From Squalus acanthias (taxonomy: Eukaryota), in the NCBI GenBank assembly GCA_030390025.1, contig JASTWF010000034.1, forward strand, positions 4,216,001 through 4,280,000: DNA of 64,000 nt, in the 5' to 3' direction. This document shows positions 39,600 through 52,995 of the stretch, one piece after another. A program made the position numbers and the translations under genes. A model generated the notes under the pieces. That model was not told where the DNA came from and did no database searches. It worked only from the letters and a program-made list of their open reading frames with translations. How positions within the stretch are numbered: the first letter of the stretch is position 1; each line of letters opens with the position of its first letter.

Positions 39600-40097
39600 T
39601 CACAGAATAAGGCCATTCTGCCCACTGAGCGTGTGCCGGCTCTTTGGTTGTGCTAAAAATGGTTCCAGTTCCCTGCTCATCGCAAGAGCCTGAAAATGTT
39701 TCTCTCCAATGAAAGTTTCTATTGAATCTGCTTCCATCACCCTTTCAGACAGTGCATTCCAGAGCATCATAACATGCTGTGTAAAAAAATGCTTCCTCAT
39801 CTCGCCTCTGGTTCGTTTGCCAATCACTTTCAATCTATGTTACCGACCCTTCTGCCACTGGAAACAGTTTCTCCTTATTTACACCACTATTAAATCTCCT
39901 CTTAACCTTCTCTGCTCTAAGGAGAACAAGCCCAGCTTCTCTCCACGGAACCAAAGTCCCTCATCCTGGTATCATTCTGTTCAATCTCCTCTGCACCCTC
40001 TCGAAGGCATTGACATCCTTCCTAAAGTGTGGCGCACAGAATTGAGAACAATTCTCCAGCTGAGTAGTAACCAGTGTTTTGTAAAGGTTTAGCACAA
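39600..40097 (-). mobile_element. Degraded CR1 3' fragment
   Basis: KVIGKRTRGEMRKHFFT and LWNAL. Confidence 0.8.
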
Positions 40098-40716
40098 CTA
40101 AACACCAAATACTGCTCGACCGCGCAACTCTGTTTCTCTCTCCACGGATGCTGCCTCGCCTGCTGAGTTTTTCCAGCGTTTTCTGTTGTTATTTCGGATT
40201 TCCAGCATCTGCAGTATTTTGCTATCGTACTGCAATTTCTGTGATGGGTTTCGAAGGGCAAGGCTAATCCAGGCAGTTGGATGTGTGAATGAGAACTTGA
40301 GCTGAAAGAAGTACATTTGGAGCACAGAGCCATGGACACTCAGTTCAGTTTATGAATTGGATCATGTTTCTCTAATTGTATTTCCTAACTCAGAATCAAG
40401 GCTTCATTTCGTTTCTTCCTCTGAGCCCCTGAACCTCATCTGGCAGCGTAATGTTGGCGAGGGTGATCCATTTCCCTGGGAAACAACAGGAAGAGAGCTC
40501 AGAGGCCGGCGGGCCAAAGGAGCAGCGTGTTCTGCAACCAATCGCGGTGCTTGAGTCTGCCAGTCAGGTGAGTCAGTGTGAACCCCTGTTAAACAATTTA
40601 TCTTTTAAAAGTTAAATCGAGATTTTTTTTGTCCAGTAAACAGTTTAACACTTGTCAGAATTTTGTTTTCCTGGAGTTCCTATTATGAGTTTCAGACAAT
40701 TCAGTGCAAAGTGGAC

Positions 40717-40995
40717 CATAGAATAATAGAATGGTTACAGCACAGAAGGAGGCCATTCGGCCCGTCGAGCCCGTGCTGGCTCTTTGCAAGTGCACTTCAG
40801 CAAGTCCCACCCGCCCCCACCCCGCCCCGCCTTTTCCCCGTATCCCTGTGTTTGTTTTCCTTCAGTTACTTATCCAATTCCCTTATGAAAGCCAGTTAGT
40901 TAAACACGATTTGCCTTTAACAAATCCGTGTTGGCTTTCCTCAATTAATCCACACGTGTCCAAGTGACTGCTCATTGTGTCCTGGATTATCGACC
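40717..40995 (-). mobile_element. Rearranged CR1 fragments
   Basis: catagaataataga tail, aggccattcggccc end hairpin, and a QHGFVKGKSCLTN-coding segment. Confidence 0.7.
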
Positions 40996-41607
40996 AGTTG
41001 TTTAAAGGCCATTAATTTCTCTGTTTCCATGTCACTCTTAGTTAAAGGTTCAGAGATTGATTTCTGCTCATTATGCATCTATTTGTGATATTTAGAGGGG
41101 CAATGACTTACGTTTCTGCACATTTAGGAGTTAAACTAACATCCTTCCTGTTAGTATTGAGTCACATTCTGTACTGGAAGAGACGGCTGGTGGTTTCAGC
41201 CTTTAACATTCTCATAATCTTGTTCAAATCCCTCCATGGCCTCGCCTCTCCCTATCTCTATGACCTCCTCCAGTCCTATAACACTCTTAATAAGGAGAAA
41301 CTGTTTCCAGTTTCAGAAGGGTCGGTAGTCAGAGGACACAGATTTAATGTAATTGGGGAAAGAACCAGAGGTGACATGAGGGGAACATTTTTACCCATCC
41401 TGCTGTTATGTCCTGGAATGCACTTCCTGAAAGGCTGTGCTGCTCCCCATGGTCGAAATTCTGGCAGCTCACTGTATGGGCTCACAGCTCAGAATTACCA
41501 CTTGACAAGGTACTGGAGGGCAATGGTGACTGGGGCCGATCCCCACCGTCACGCAGCACCTTCAGCATAGGCTGGTACAATTATACAACAGATATTTCCT
41601 CTACAGA

Positions 41608-41967
41608 TAAGAAGAAATAAGAACATAAGAAATAGGAGCAGGAGTAGGCCATTCGGCCCCTCGAGCCTTCTCCGTCATTCAACAAGTTCATGGCTGATCT
41701 TCTACCTCAACTCCACGTTCTTTCACTATCCCCATATCCCTTGATTCCCTTAATATCCAAGAAGTTTTGATATCTGTATTAAATATACTCAACGACTGAT
41801 CCTCCACAGCCCTCCGCGGTAGTGAATCCCAAAGTTTCAACAACCTCTGAGTGAAGAAATGTCTCCTCATCTCAGTCCTAAATGGCCGACCCTTATTCTG
41901 AGACTGTGACCTCTGGTTCTAGCTTCCCCAGCCAGAGGAAACATCCTCCCTGCATCAATCCTGTCAG
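41608..41967 (-). mobile_element. CR1 3' fragment
   Basis: (taagaaca)n tail; MRRHFFTQR...WDSLP. Confidence 0.85.
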
Positions 41968-42339
41968 ATAATGAAGGACCTGCAGTATGTTTCCAGGAAT
42001 TCCCTGTTTTATTGACGTGTTAGACACCAGGATTACTAAAAATGCACGGCCCGGAACATCCACGGGATTGCGATAAAGTCAGTTATTCTGGGATCACTAC
42101 TGCTCCGGAACTCTACCACTCACCCTGCTGAAGGAAGTAGGTTCAGGGAGTGGGGCCCCCAGGAGTGGACTGTAAGAAAGTTGGGGTTCGGTAGCCTGAC
42201 AAATATATGGCGAGGAACCACAGCAATCTTTACTAAGGCGCCGGCTGAGGTTTTAGCGTAGGTCTAGGCGTCGGTTGAATCATTCCTGACTCCCCGAGCT
42301 GTCTTACATTGAACCCAATTCAGATCAACATGGATTCAG

Positions 42340-42690
42340 GCTACAGGAGAATAGGGAAAGATATCACCCTCAATTGAGGGAGGCAAAAGCAGCCATTAGA
42401 GAAGCGAAGAGATCTTTGACAAAGAAGATGCTGAACCATTGTGGTAATAATAGCAAAAGCTTTTCCAGCGACGTCAGGAGTCAGAAGACCGTGAATGATG
42501 GTTTAGGGCCACTGAAAGACAGTTCAGGACAGATTGAAATAGATTCCCAGGCTCTAGCAGAGTTGTTAAATGACTATTTCATACCAGCTTGCACTCCTGT
42601 GGATGATGCTCAGATTCCAGCTGTGGGATGTGCTGTCGACAATAACATCAAAAATATTAAAATAGAACGGGATTGTCATCGTGGGTAAAA
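42340..42690 (+). mobile_element. Internal CR1-type ORF2 fragment
   Basis: AIREAKR, NSKSF, LGPLKDSSG and LAELLNDYF, typical of the EN-RT linker. Confidence 0.7.
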
Positions 42691-43239
42691 TAGGAAATCT
42701 GAAAATGTCTCCGCATTTGCCTCTGTCTGTGTCACGCATTATATGTCTCGCCCCAGTCTGTTTCCATCCGTCTCTCTCGCATCGGTCTGTCTCCCCGCTG
42801 GCTCTGTCGTTCTCTCTTTCTAACTCCCACCATATGTCTCTCTCTGTCCTCTCCCCGTCTGTTTCCATCAGTCTCTCAGACCCTGTAATTCTAATCCTGG
42901 TCTGTTTCCGGTTCCTACTCCCCCGTATGTCTCTCTTACACTTGCCCCGATATTCCTATTCCTACGGGGGTGTACGCGCTGTGTACATGCGCTGACAACC
43001 GGCATTTCCGATCTGTCAACAATGCTCCCAATGGCCCACGTGATCCCAGGGAGGCTTGCGAACCGCATGCGCCCCTGGGATACGTAGGCCCTGTAGACTT
43101 GGAGTTCGAGAGTCCCAGCATCGCAACTATACGCACCTTGGCAGCCCTCAGGTATGTGCGCAGATTTTTTTCCAGATCGGAGGCTTTCGCATGCGGGGAG
43201 CCTCCGATCGGATAATACAGCCCACTATCTCCCGCGCCT

Positions 43240-43860
43240 GTCTTCCCCGTCTGTCTCCCACCGTCTGACTCTCTCTTTCACTCACCCAAGCTGTCTCCTC
43301 AGCTGGTCTGTCTCTCCTTCTGGCCCCCACCATCTGTCTCACCCCCGTCTGTCTCCGCCTATCTGTTTATCTCTCTCTATCTTAAACCTGCCTGATTTTT
43401 CTGTCTCCCCGTCTGCCCCCTACCGTCCGTCTCTCCATCTGTCTATCTCTGTGTCACCCACCATCTGTATCCCCCCAGGCTGTCTCCATCTGTTTCCCTC
43501 CCCGTCGGTCTGTCTCCAACATTGTATGTCGCTCTCTCCCTACATCCCACCGTATGTCTTTCTCTGGCCCTTTGCTGCTCTCTCTCTCTCTATCTCCCAC
43601 CGTATCTCTCTGTCTCCAACCCCCTGTCCGTCTCTCTCTCTCTCTCTATCTATCTCCCACCGTATGTCTCTCGCTCTGTTCCCCTGTTGGTCTTTCTCTC
43701 TCTCTATCTATCTCCCACCGTATGTCTCTCTTTCCATCCCCCTGTTGGTCTCTCTCTCTCTCTCTATCTCTCACCGTATGTCTCTGCCTCCAACCCCCTG
43801 TCGGTCTCTATCTTTCTTTCTCTATCTCCCACCGTATGTCTCTCTCTCTGTCCCCTGTTG
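43240..43860. repeat. CT-rich low-complexity tract with degenerate tandem unit (tatctcccaccgtatgtctctc...)
   Basis: Recurring tcccaccgtatgtct separated by (ct)n. Confidence 0.8.
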
Positions 43861-43864
43861 TTCT

Positions 43865-46245
43865 CACTGTAACACTCTGATGTACCCCACATCCCTCACT
43901 GTAATACTCTGATATAAATCCACACCACTCACTGTAACACCCCAAACACGCTTCTGTAATTCTGATAAACATGGCGCTACTCACTGTATCACTGATATAA
44001 CGCACACCCCTCATTGTAACACTCTGATATAAACTACACCACTCACTGTAAGACTCTGATATACCCAACATCCCTTACTGTAACACTCTGAGATACCCCA
44101 CACCCCTCACTGTAACACCTTGATATACCCCACACCCCTCACTGTAACACTCTGATATAAACCAAACCCCTCAATGTAACACTCTGATATACCACACACT
44201 CCTGACTGTAACCCTCTCTTACATACATCAAATCTCTTAATGTAACACACCGTTATACCCCATGCCCCTCATTGTAACACTCTCTGATATACTGCATACC
44301 CCTCGCTGTAGCACTCCAATATACCAAACACCCCTGACTGTAAACCTGATATACCCGACACCCCTCACTGTAACACTCTCTGATATACGCCATACCCCTC
44401 GCTGTAACACTCTGATATACCCGACACCATTCAGTGTAACACACTGATATAATCCCAACCCCTGACTGTAACACACTGTTATACAACGCAACTCTCCCTG
44501 TAACACTCTGAGGTAACCCACACCACTCATTGTATTACTCTGATATAAACCACACCCCTCACTGTAACACTCTGATGTAATCGCACGCCCCTGACTATGA
44601 TATTCTGATATACCCCACACACCTCTTTCTGCAACACACCGATATACCCGACAGCCATCACGGTAACAACATGATATACCCAACACCCCACACGGTAACA
44701 CTATGATATATCCCATACCCCTCGCTGTACCACTGTGATATACCCTACATCACTCACTTTGACACTCTGATATACCCCTCATTTTAATCCTCTCGTACAT
44801 ATCCCAAACCTCTCACTGTAACAGACCAATATACCCCACGCGACTCACTGTAACTCTCTGATATACCCCATAGCCCTCACTGTAACTCTCTAATATACCC
44901 CACACGCCTCGCTGTAAAACACTGATATATCCCACACGACTCACTCTAAGACTCTAATATACCCCACACCCCTCGCTGTAACACACTGATATATCCCACA
45001 CGACTCACTGTAACTCTCTGATATACCCACACCCCTCAATATAACACTCTGATATACCCCACACAACTCACTGTAAAACTCTGATATACCCCACACCCCT
45101 CACTGTAACACTATGATATACCCCACACAACTCACTGTAACACTCTGATATACCTCACACCCCTCACTGTAACACTCTGATATGCCCCACATCCCTCACT
45201 GTAACTCTCTGATGTATTCCACACGCCTCGCTTTAACACGCTGATATACGCCACATGACTTACTGTAACACTCTGATATACCCCGCACCCCTCACTGTAA
45301 CACACTGATATACCCGACACCCCTTAATGTAACAATCTGATATAAACCCACACCGCTCATTTTATTACTCTGATGTACACCACACCCCTCACTGTAGCAT
45401 TCTGATATAAACCCACTCCCCTGACTATAACCCTTTGATATATCCCACACACCCCTCACTGTAACACACCGATATATCCCACACCCCTCATGGTAACACT
45501 CTGATATACCTATCACACCACACGGTTACACTCTGATATAGCCCACACCCCTCGCTGTAACAATCTGATATACCCCACTCACCTCCCTTTAACACTCTGA
45601 TATATCCACATCATTCACTTGAGCACTCTGATATAACCCTCACTTTAATCCTCTTACATAACCCAAACCTCTACTGTAATGGACCGATATACGCCCCTCA
45701 CCTCCCTTTAACACTCTGATATACCTCACACCCCTCAATGTAAAACTGTGATTTACCACACACCACTCACTGCAAGACTATGATACACCCCACATCCCTC
45801 ACTGTAACTTTGATTAGCCCACATCCCTCGCTGTAACACTGCGATTTACCCCACACTCCTCACTCTAACACTCTGATATACCGGACACCTCTCTCTCTAA
45901 CTCTCTGATATGGCCCACAGCCTTCACTGTAACACTCTGATATACCCCACACGACTCACTTTAACTCTTTGATATACCCCACGCACCTCACTGCAACACG
46001 TTGATAAACCCCACACCCCTCACTGTAAAACTTTGATACAGCTCTCACTGTAATCCTCTCTTACATATCCCAACCCCCTCACTGTAACACTCTGATACAC
46101 CCCTCATTGTAATCCTCTCTTACATACTGATAAACCCCACACCACTCACTGTCACACTATGATACATGCCACACTCTGGGCTGTTATTCCCCACAGCACT
46201 CACTGTAATACTAATATTGTTCCACACCACTCACTGTTATCACTG
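43865..46245 (+). repeat. 32-bp minisatellite (CACTGTAACACTCTGATATACCCCACACCCCT)n, diverged
   Basis: cactgtaac at 44108 and 44140; persists for ~2.4 kb. Confidence 0.93.
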
Positions 46246-46559
46246 CCACTTTAATCCCATGGGCTTCAATTTTGGTAATATGTGATACTTTATCAAGCAC
46301 CTTTTGTAAGGATAGGGGGATTGGGAAAGTGTCAGTAGTATCAATCATACAACGATAGAATTGGAGATCCAAGTGTTGTTGACAATTTGTTTAGCATACT
46401 TGACGCCCCGCTCTGATCACAGGCCTCATCTGGTTTCAATCAATGAATTATAAAATCATTGATTTTAATCCTATTTTATTATTTCTATGTATTTCTTCTC
46501 AGGCTAGGGGTGACGCTGTCAAGGCCGGTATTACTTTCCCATCCCTAGTTCCCCATGAG

Positions 46560-47030
46560 AAGAGGGCATTTACTGGAATGGTACCAGAGATGAGACGTTT
46601 CAGTTATATGGAGAGACTGGAGAAGCTGAGATTTCCCCCCTTCGACCAGAGAAGGTTAAGGGGAGATTTAATGGAGTTGTTCAAGGATTTGGATAGAGTA
46701 AATAATGAGGAACTGTTTCCAGTGGCGGAAGGGTCGTAACCAAAAGACAAAGATTTAGGATAATTGGCAAAAAAACAGAGGGAAGCTGAGGAGAATGTGT
46801 TTTACGCGGCGAGTTGTTATGATCTGGAATGCACTGCCTGGAAAGGTGATAGAAGGAGATTCAATAATAACTTTAAAAAGTGAATGGGATCAATACTGGA
46901 AGTGAGGGATTTGCAGGGCTATGGCAAAAGGACAGGGGATTCGGACTAATTGAATAGCTCTTTCAAAGGGCCGGCACAGGCTACATGGACCGAATGGCCT
47001 GCTTCTGTGCTGTATGATTCTATGATTCTG
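46560..47030 (+). mobile_element. CR1 3' fragment
   Basis: SYMERLEKL and RRLRGDL; (tatgattc)n tail. Confidence 0.82.
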
Positions 47031-47109
47031 TGAAAAAATAAGGCATTGAGTCCTTATCTCATGTGTAAAATCGAAGTTCTGCAGTTTTTGAGACAGATTT
47101 TCAACCATC

Positions 47110-48758
47110 TTCAGTTAGAAGTGCCGAGTGGATGATCCATATCGGCCTACTCCTGAGGTTCCCACCATCACAGAAGCCAGTCTTCAGCCAATTCGATTCA
47201 CTCCACGTGATATCAAGAAACGGCTGAGCGCACTGGATACAACAAAGGCTGTGGGCCCCGACAACATCCCGGCTGTCGTGCTGAAGACTTGTGCTCCAGA
47301 ACTAGCCGCGCCTCTAGCCAAGCTGTTCCAGTACAGATACAACACTGGCATATATCCGACAATGTGGAAAACTGCCCAGGTAAGCCCTGTCCACAAAAAT
47401 GAGGACAAATCCAATGCGGCCAGTTACTGCCACATTAGTCTACTCTCAATCATCAGCAACGTGACGGAAGGTGTCATCGACAGTGCTAGCGGCACTTACT
47501 TACCAATAACCTGCTCACTGATGCCCAGTTTGGGATCTGCCAAGACCACTCTGCTCCCGACCTCATTACAGCCTTGGTCCAAACATGGACAAAGGAGCTG
47601 AATTCCAGAGCGAGGTGAGAGTGACTGCCCTTGACATCAAGGCAGCATTTGACCGAATGTGGCATCAAGGAGCCCTAGTCAAACTGAAGTCAATGGGAAT
47701 CGGGGGAAAACTCTCCACTGGCTGGAGTCATACCTAGCAGAAAGGAAGATGACTGTGGTGGCTGAATGTCAATCATCACAGCCCCAGGACATCGCTGCAG
47801 GAGTTCGTCAGGGCAGTGACCTAGGCCCAACCATTTCCGCTGCTTCATCAATGGCTTCCCCTTCAACATAAGGTCAGAAATAGTAGTGTTCGCTGATGAC
47901 TGCACAGTGTTCAGTGCCAATCTCAGCTGTACAGATAATGAAGCAGTCCATGCCCGCATGCAAAAAGAGCTGGACGACATTCAGGCTTGGGCTTACAAGT
48001 GGCAGGTAACATTCGCGCCACAGACGTGCACGGTAATGACTATCTCCAACAAGCGAGAGTCTAACCACCGCCCCTTGACATTAAACGACATTACCATCGC
48101 CGAATCCTCCATCATCAACATCCTTTTGGTCACCATTGACCAGAAACTTAACTGGACCAGCCACATAAATACTATGGCAACAAGAGCAGGTCAGAGGCTA
48201 GGTATTCTGCGGCGAGTGTCTCAACTCCTCACTCCCCAAAGCCTTTCCACCATCTACATCTCACAAGTAAGGAGTGTGATGGAATACTCTCCACTTGCAT
48301 GGTTGAGTGCAGTTCCAAGAACAATCAAGAAGCTCGACACCATCCAGGACAAAGCAGCCCGCTTGATTGGCACCCCATCTACCATCTTAAACATTCACTC
48401 CCTCCACCACCGGCGTTCCGTGGCTGCAGTGTGTAACATTTACATGATGCACTCAAGCAATTCACCAAGCCTTCTTCGGCAGCACCTCCCAAACCCGCGA
48501 ACTCTTCCACCTAGAAAGACAAGGGCAGCAGGCGCATGGGAACACCACCACCACCAAGTTCCCCTCTAAGTCACACACCATCCTGACTTAGAAGCATATC
48601 GCCGATCCTTCATGGTCGCTGGGTCAAAATCCTGGAACTCCGTAGCTAAGAGCACTGTGGGAGTACCTTCAACACATGGACTGCAGCGGTTCAAGAAATC
48701 GGCTCTCCACCACCTTCTCAAGGGCAACTATGGATGAGCAATAAATGCTGGCCTTGCC
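47110..48758 (+). mobile_element. CR1/L2-group LINE, 5'-truncated, frameshifted RT
   Basis: KAVGPDNIP, LDIKAAFD, FADDCTV and VRSVMEYS; aataaa near the 3' end. Confidence 0.88.
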
Positions 48759-48759
48759 C

Positions 48760-49880
48760 CCTGGCGAAGTGTGGTGAGGGGTGGAGTGAGGAGGTGGGCA
48801 GGCCTTCTCATTAACCACCCCGTCATAGCCTGGTAAGCTGAAATATCTGTGGTGCTATGTGGGTTTGCTCTCATGGCCATCAGACAGTTGGATAACATGT
48901 TAAACCACTGTCTGGGGTGGTCCGTACAAAACGTTTCCAGCATGGTTTTAAGGGTTCGATTTCCCCACTCCACTACCCCTGATGATTGTGGGTGGTGCAC
49001 TACATGCAATTTGTGGGAGAATTTCATGAGTCTCTGAAGTTCTCAGAACATTTTGCTGGTAAAATGAGTCTCTTGGTTACTATCCACCTGGATTGTTATT
49101 CCCCACCTGCAGACCACCTCACACAAAAGCAGTTTTGCTGCTGTCAGGGCTGTGTTCATTCTACAGCGGAAAGCCTCAATCCATTTCATCAATATGTCTA
49201 TTAGGACCAGACAGTATTTGTAGCCCGAGGGCGCCGTGACGAGGGTGCCTATAAAGTCTTTGCCTGCTGCGGCCAGACTGATGTTAACCTGTTTCCAAAC
49301 GTTTATCTTCCTTCTCAGCACCATATCTGGCCCCTCTTCTAACAGACGCACCCACTCATCATCACCTGCTTCAAAGGAGTTTGACTGAAGGTCCGCTACC
49401 GGGAACCAGTCCTCTCTCCATGGTAACTTCACCGCTATGTATTCTTGGATTGCTACTTCCATATTCCACCCGTGATACCCTCCACGCCTCTGTCCAGAAA
49501 TCCCACTTCTTCCTGGGACGTGAACACCATATTCACTGGAATCTACACACTGGTGACAACCATTCTTTGTTTGACTATGTCAGGTCCCTGTTCGGGCGCC
49601 ATTTATTCTGTCGGCATACAGATGTTCCATTAATTCGTGAACCTGGACAGTAGCCAGCCAGAGCAAGTCACTCTACTCTGTATATTAATTAATCAAAGTG
49701 AACGTTAGTGATTTAAACATTGCACGCAGCAATACAACAGTTTACACAAGAATCAAGACTGCAGCAAGCAATACATACGACCTTTAAACGAAAGATCTCA
49801 GCATCAAGGCAGCAGAGTGATCTGCTCTCTCTCTCAGCCCTTCAACTTTCTTCTTTTTGTTCCTAGACGTTGTAAGAATA
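48760..49880 (-). mobile_element. Internally deleted LTR element: LTR remnant, PBS, gag-like start, integrase core
   Basis: PBS at 49584-49601; ORF from 49462; DFIG, LVLID..KWIEAF, RWGI and HPQSSGVVE..NRTLK motifs. Confidence 0.8.
49584..49601 (-). promoter_or_regulatory. Primer-binding site, tRNA-Lys3(UUU)
   Basis: Minus strand TGGCGCCCGAACAGGGAC, 18/18 to the canonical Lys3 PBS. Confidence 0.92.
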
Positions 49881-49887
49881 AAAATAT

Positions 49888-52800
49888 ATAGAAACATAGA
49901 AACATAGAAGATAGGAGCAGGAGTTGGTCATTCGGCCCCTCGAGCCTGCTCTGCCATTTAATGAGATCATGGCTGATCATCAAAATTCAGAACCCTGTCC
50001 CTGCTTTCTCCCCACATCCCTTGATCCCTTTAGCCTTAAGAAATATATCTAACTCCTTCTTGAATATATTATAATGAGTTGGCCTCAACTGCCTTCTGTG
50101 GTAGAGAATTCCACAGGTTCACCAATCTATGGTTGAAGAAATTCCTCCTCATCTCAGTCCTAAATGGCTTCCCCCTTATCCTTAGACTGTGACCCCTGGT
50201 TCTGGACTCCCCTGCCATCGGGAACATCCTTCCTACACCTAGTCTATCTAGTCCTGTTTGAATTTTATATGTTCAATGGGATCCCCTCTCATTCTTCTAA
50301 ACTCTAGCGAATACAAGCTCAATCGTCCCAATCTCTCTTCATACGTCATTCCTGCCATCCCAGGTTTCAGTCTGGTGAATCTTCGCTGCACTCCCTTCAT
50401 GGCAAGAACATCCTTCCTCATTAAGGCGACCAAAACTGCACACAATACTCAAGATGTGGTCTCACCAAGGCCCTGTACAACTGCAGCAAGACATCCTTGC
50501 TCCTGTACTTGAATCCTCTCGTTATGAAGGCCAACATACCATTTGCCATCTTAACCGCCTGCTGCACCTGCGACTGGTGCACAAGGACACCCAGGTCTCG
50601 TTGCACTTCCCCTTTTCCCAATCTATTGCCGTTCAGATAATAATCTGCCTTCCTGTTTTTGACACCAAAGTGGATAACCTCACATTTATTTACATTATAC
50701 TGCATCTGCAATGCATCTGCCCAATCACCCAACTTGTCCAAATCATACTGGAGTTTCTCTGCATCCTCCTCATAACACACACGCCCACCCAGCTTTGTGT
50801 CATCTGCAAACTTGGAGATATTACATCTAGTTCCCTCGTCTAGATCATTAATATATATTGTGAATAACTGGGATCCTAGCACCGATCCCTGCGGTACCCC
50901 ACCAGTCACTGCCTGCCACTCGGAAATTGACCCATTTATTCCAACTCTTTGCTTCTTGTCTGCCAACCAGTTCTCCATCCAAGTCATTACCTTACCCCCA
51001 ATCCCATGTGATTATTCTTTGCACGCCAATCTCTTATGCGGGACCTTAGCGAAGGCCTTCTGAAAGTCCAAATACACCACATCCACTGGTTCTCCCTGAT
51101 CTATTCTACCAGTTACATCCTCAAAAAATTCCAGTAGTTTAGTCAAGCATGATTTACCTTTTGTAAATCTAAGTTGACTTTGTCCGATCCCTTCACTGTT
51201 TACCAAGTGCTCTGCTATTACATCTTTTATAATGGACTCTAACATTTTCCCCACTACCGATGTCAGGCTTACCGGTCTATAATTCCCCGTTTTCTCCCTA
51301 CCACCTTTTTAAATCGTGGGGTTACATTTGCTACTCTCCAATCCATGGGAAATGTTCCAGAGTCGACAGAATTTTGAAAGATGATCAGCAATGCATCTAC
51401 TATTTCTAGGGCCACTTCCTTAAGTACCCTATGATGCAAATTATCAGGCCCTGCGGATATATCGGCCTTCAATCCCGTCAATTTCCCTAACACCATTTCC
51501 CTACAAATACTGATTTCATTCAGTTCTTCCCTCTCATTAGACCCTATGTTCCCCGACATCTCTGGGAGGTTATTTGTGTTCTCCTTTGTGAAGACAGAAC
51601 TAAAGTATGTATTAATAGAAACATAGAAAAATAGAAGATAGGCGCAGGAGTAGGCCATTCGGACCCTCGAGCCTGCTCTGCCAATTAATGAGATCATGCC
51701 TGATCATCCAAATTCAGTACCCTGTTCCTGCTTTCTCCCCATATCCCTTGATCCCTTTAGCCTTAAGAAATATATCTAACTCCTTCTTGAATATATTTAA
51801 TGAATTGGCCTCAACTGCCTTCTGTGGTAGAGAATTCCACAGGTTCACCACTCTCTGGGTGAAGAAATTCCTCCTCATCTCAATCCTAAATGGCTTCCCC
51901 CTTATCCTTAGACTGTGACCCCTGGTTCTGGACTCCCCTGCCATCGGGAACATCCTTCCTGCATCTAGTCTGTCTAGTCCTGTTAGAATTTTATAAGTTT
52001 CAATGAGAACCCCTCTCATTCTTCTATACTCTAGCGAATACAAGCCCAATCGTCCGAATCTCTCTTCATACGTCATTCCTGCCATCCCAGGTATCAGTCT
52101 GGTGAATCTTCGCTGCACTCCCTCCAAGGCAAGAACATCCTTCCTCAGATAAGGCGACTAAAACTGCACATTGGTCAGCCATTTATTTCTTCCCCATTAT
52201 AAATTCCCCTGATTCTGACTGCAAGAGACCTACGCTTAACTTCACCAATCTTTTTCTCTTCACATATCTATAGAAGCTTTTACAGTCAGTTTTTATATTC
52301 CCAGCAAGCTTACTCTCATACTCTATTTTCCCACTCTCAATTAATCCCTTTGTTCTCCTTTGCTGAAATCTATACTGCTCCTAATCCTCATGTTTGCTGT
52401 TTTTTCAGGCCAATTTATATGTCCTCTCCTTGGATCTTATGCTATCCCTAATTTCCCTTGTTAGCCATGGTTGAGTCACCTTTTTTGTTTTATTTTTATG
52501 CCAAACAGTGATGAACAAATTCTGTAGTTCATCCATGCGATCTTTAAATGTTTGCCATTGCCTATCCACTGTCAACCCTTTAAGTAACGTTCCCCAATCC
52601 ATCCTAGCCAATTCGCGCCTCATACCATCGTAGTTTCCTTTATTTAAATTCAGGACCCTAGTCTCTGAGTCAACTACTTCACTCTCCATCTTAATGAAGA
52701 ATTCTATCATATTATGATCGCTCCTCCCCAAGGGGCCTCGCACAACAAGATTGCTAATTAATCCTTGCTCATTACATAATACCCATTCTAAGATGGCCTG

Positions 52801-52992
52801 ATCTCGAGTTGGTTCTTCGACATATTGGTCCAGGATACCATCCAGTATACACTCAAGGAATTCCTCCTCCACAGTATTGTCACTAATTTGGATTGCCCAA
52901 TCTATATGTAGATTAAAGTCACCCATGATAACTGCTGTGCCCTTATTGCACGCGTCACTAATTTCCCGTTTAATGCCATCCCCAACCTCAGC
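49888..52992 (-). mobile_element. CR1 LINE (EN plus RT, decayed) with a second CR1 3' fragment nested at ~51615-52170
   Basis: IMGDFN, SDHNMI and FADDTKL; two (tttctatg)n tails at ~49890 and ~51616; host copy resumes at 52171. Confidence 0.92.
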
Positions 52993-52995
52993 ATA

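Noticed and set aside
42915..43190. Resemblance to RNase MRP/P P4 motifs (minus strand GAAAGCCUCCG and AUACGGGGG)
   Set aside because: Only short partial matches; other conserved regions and a Pol III context are not evident. Needs cmscan, so not called.
43154..43912. 252-aa Ser/Leu/Pro-rich ORF
   Set aside because: CT-rich low-complexity DNA lacks stop codons.
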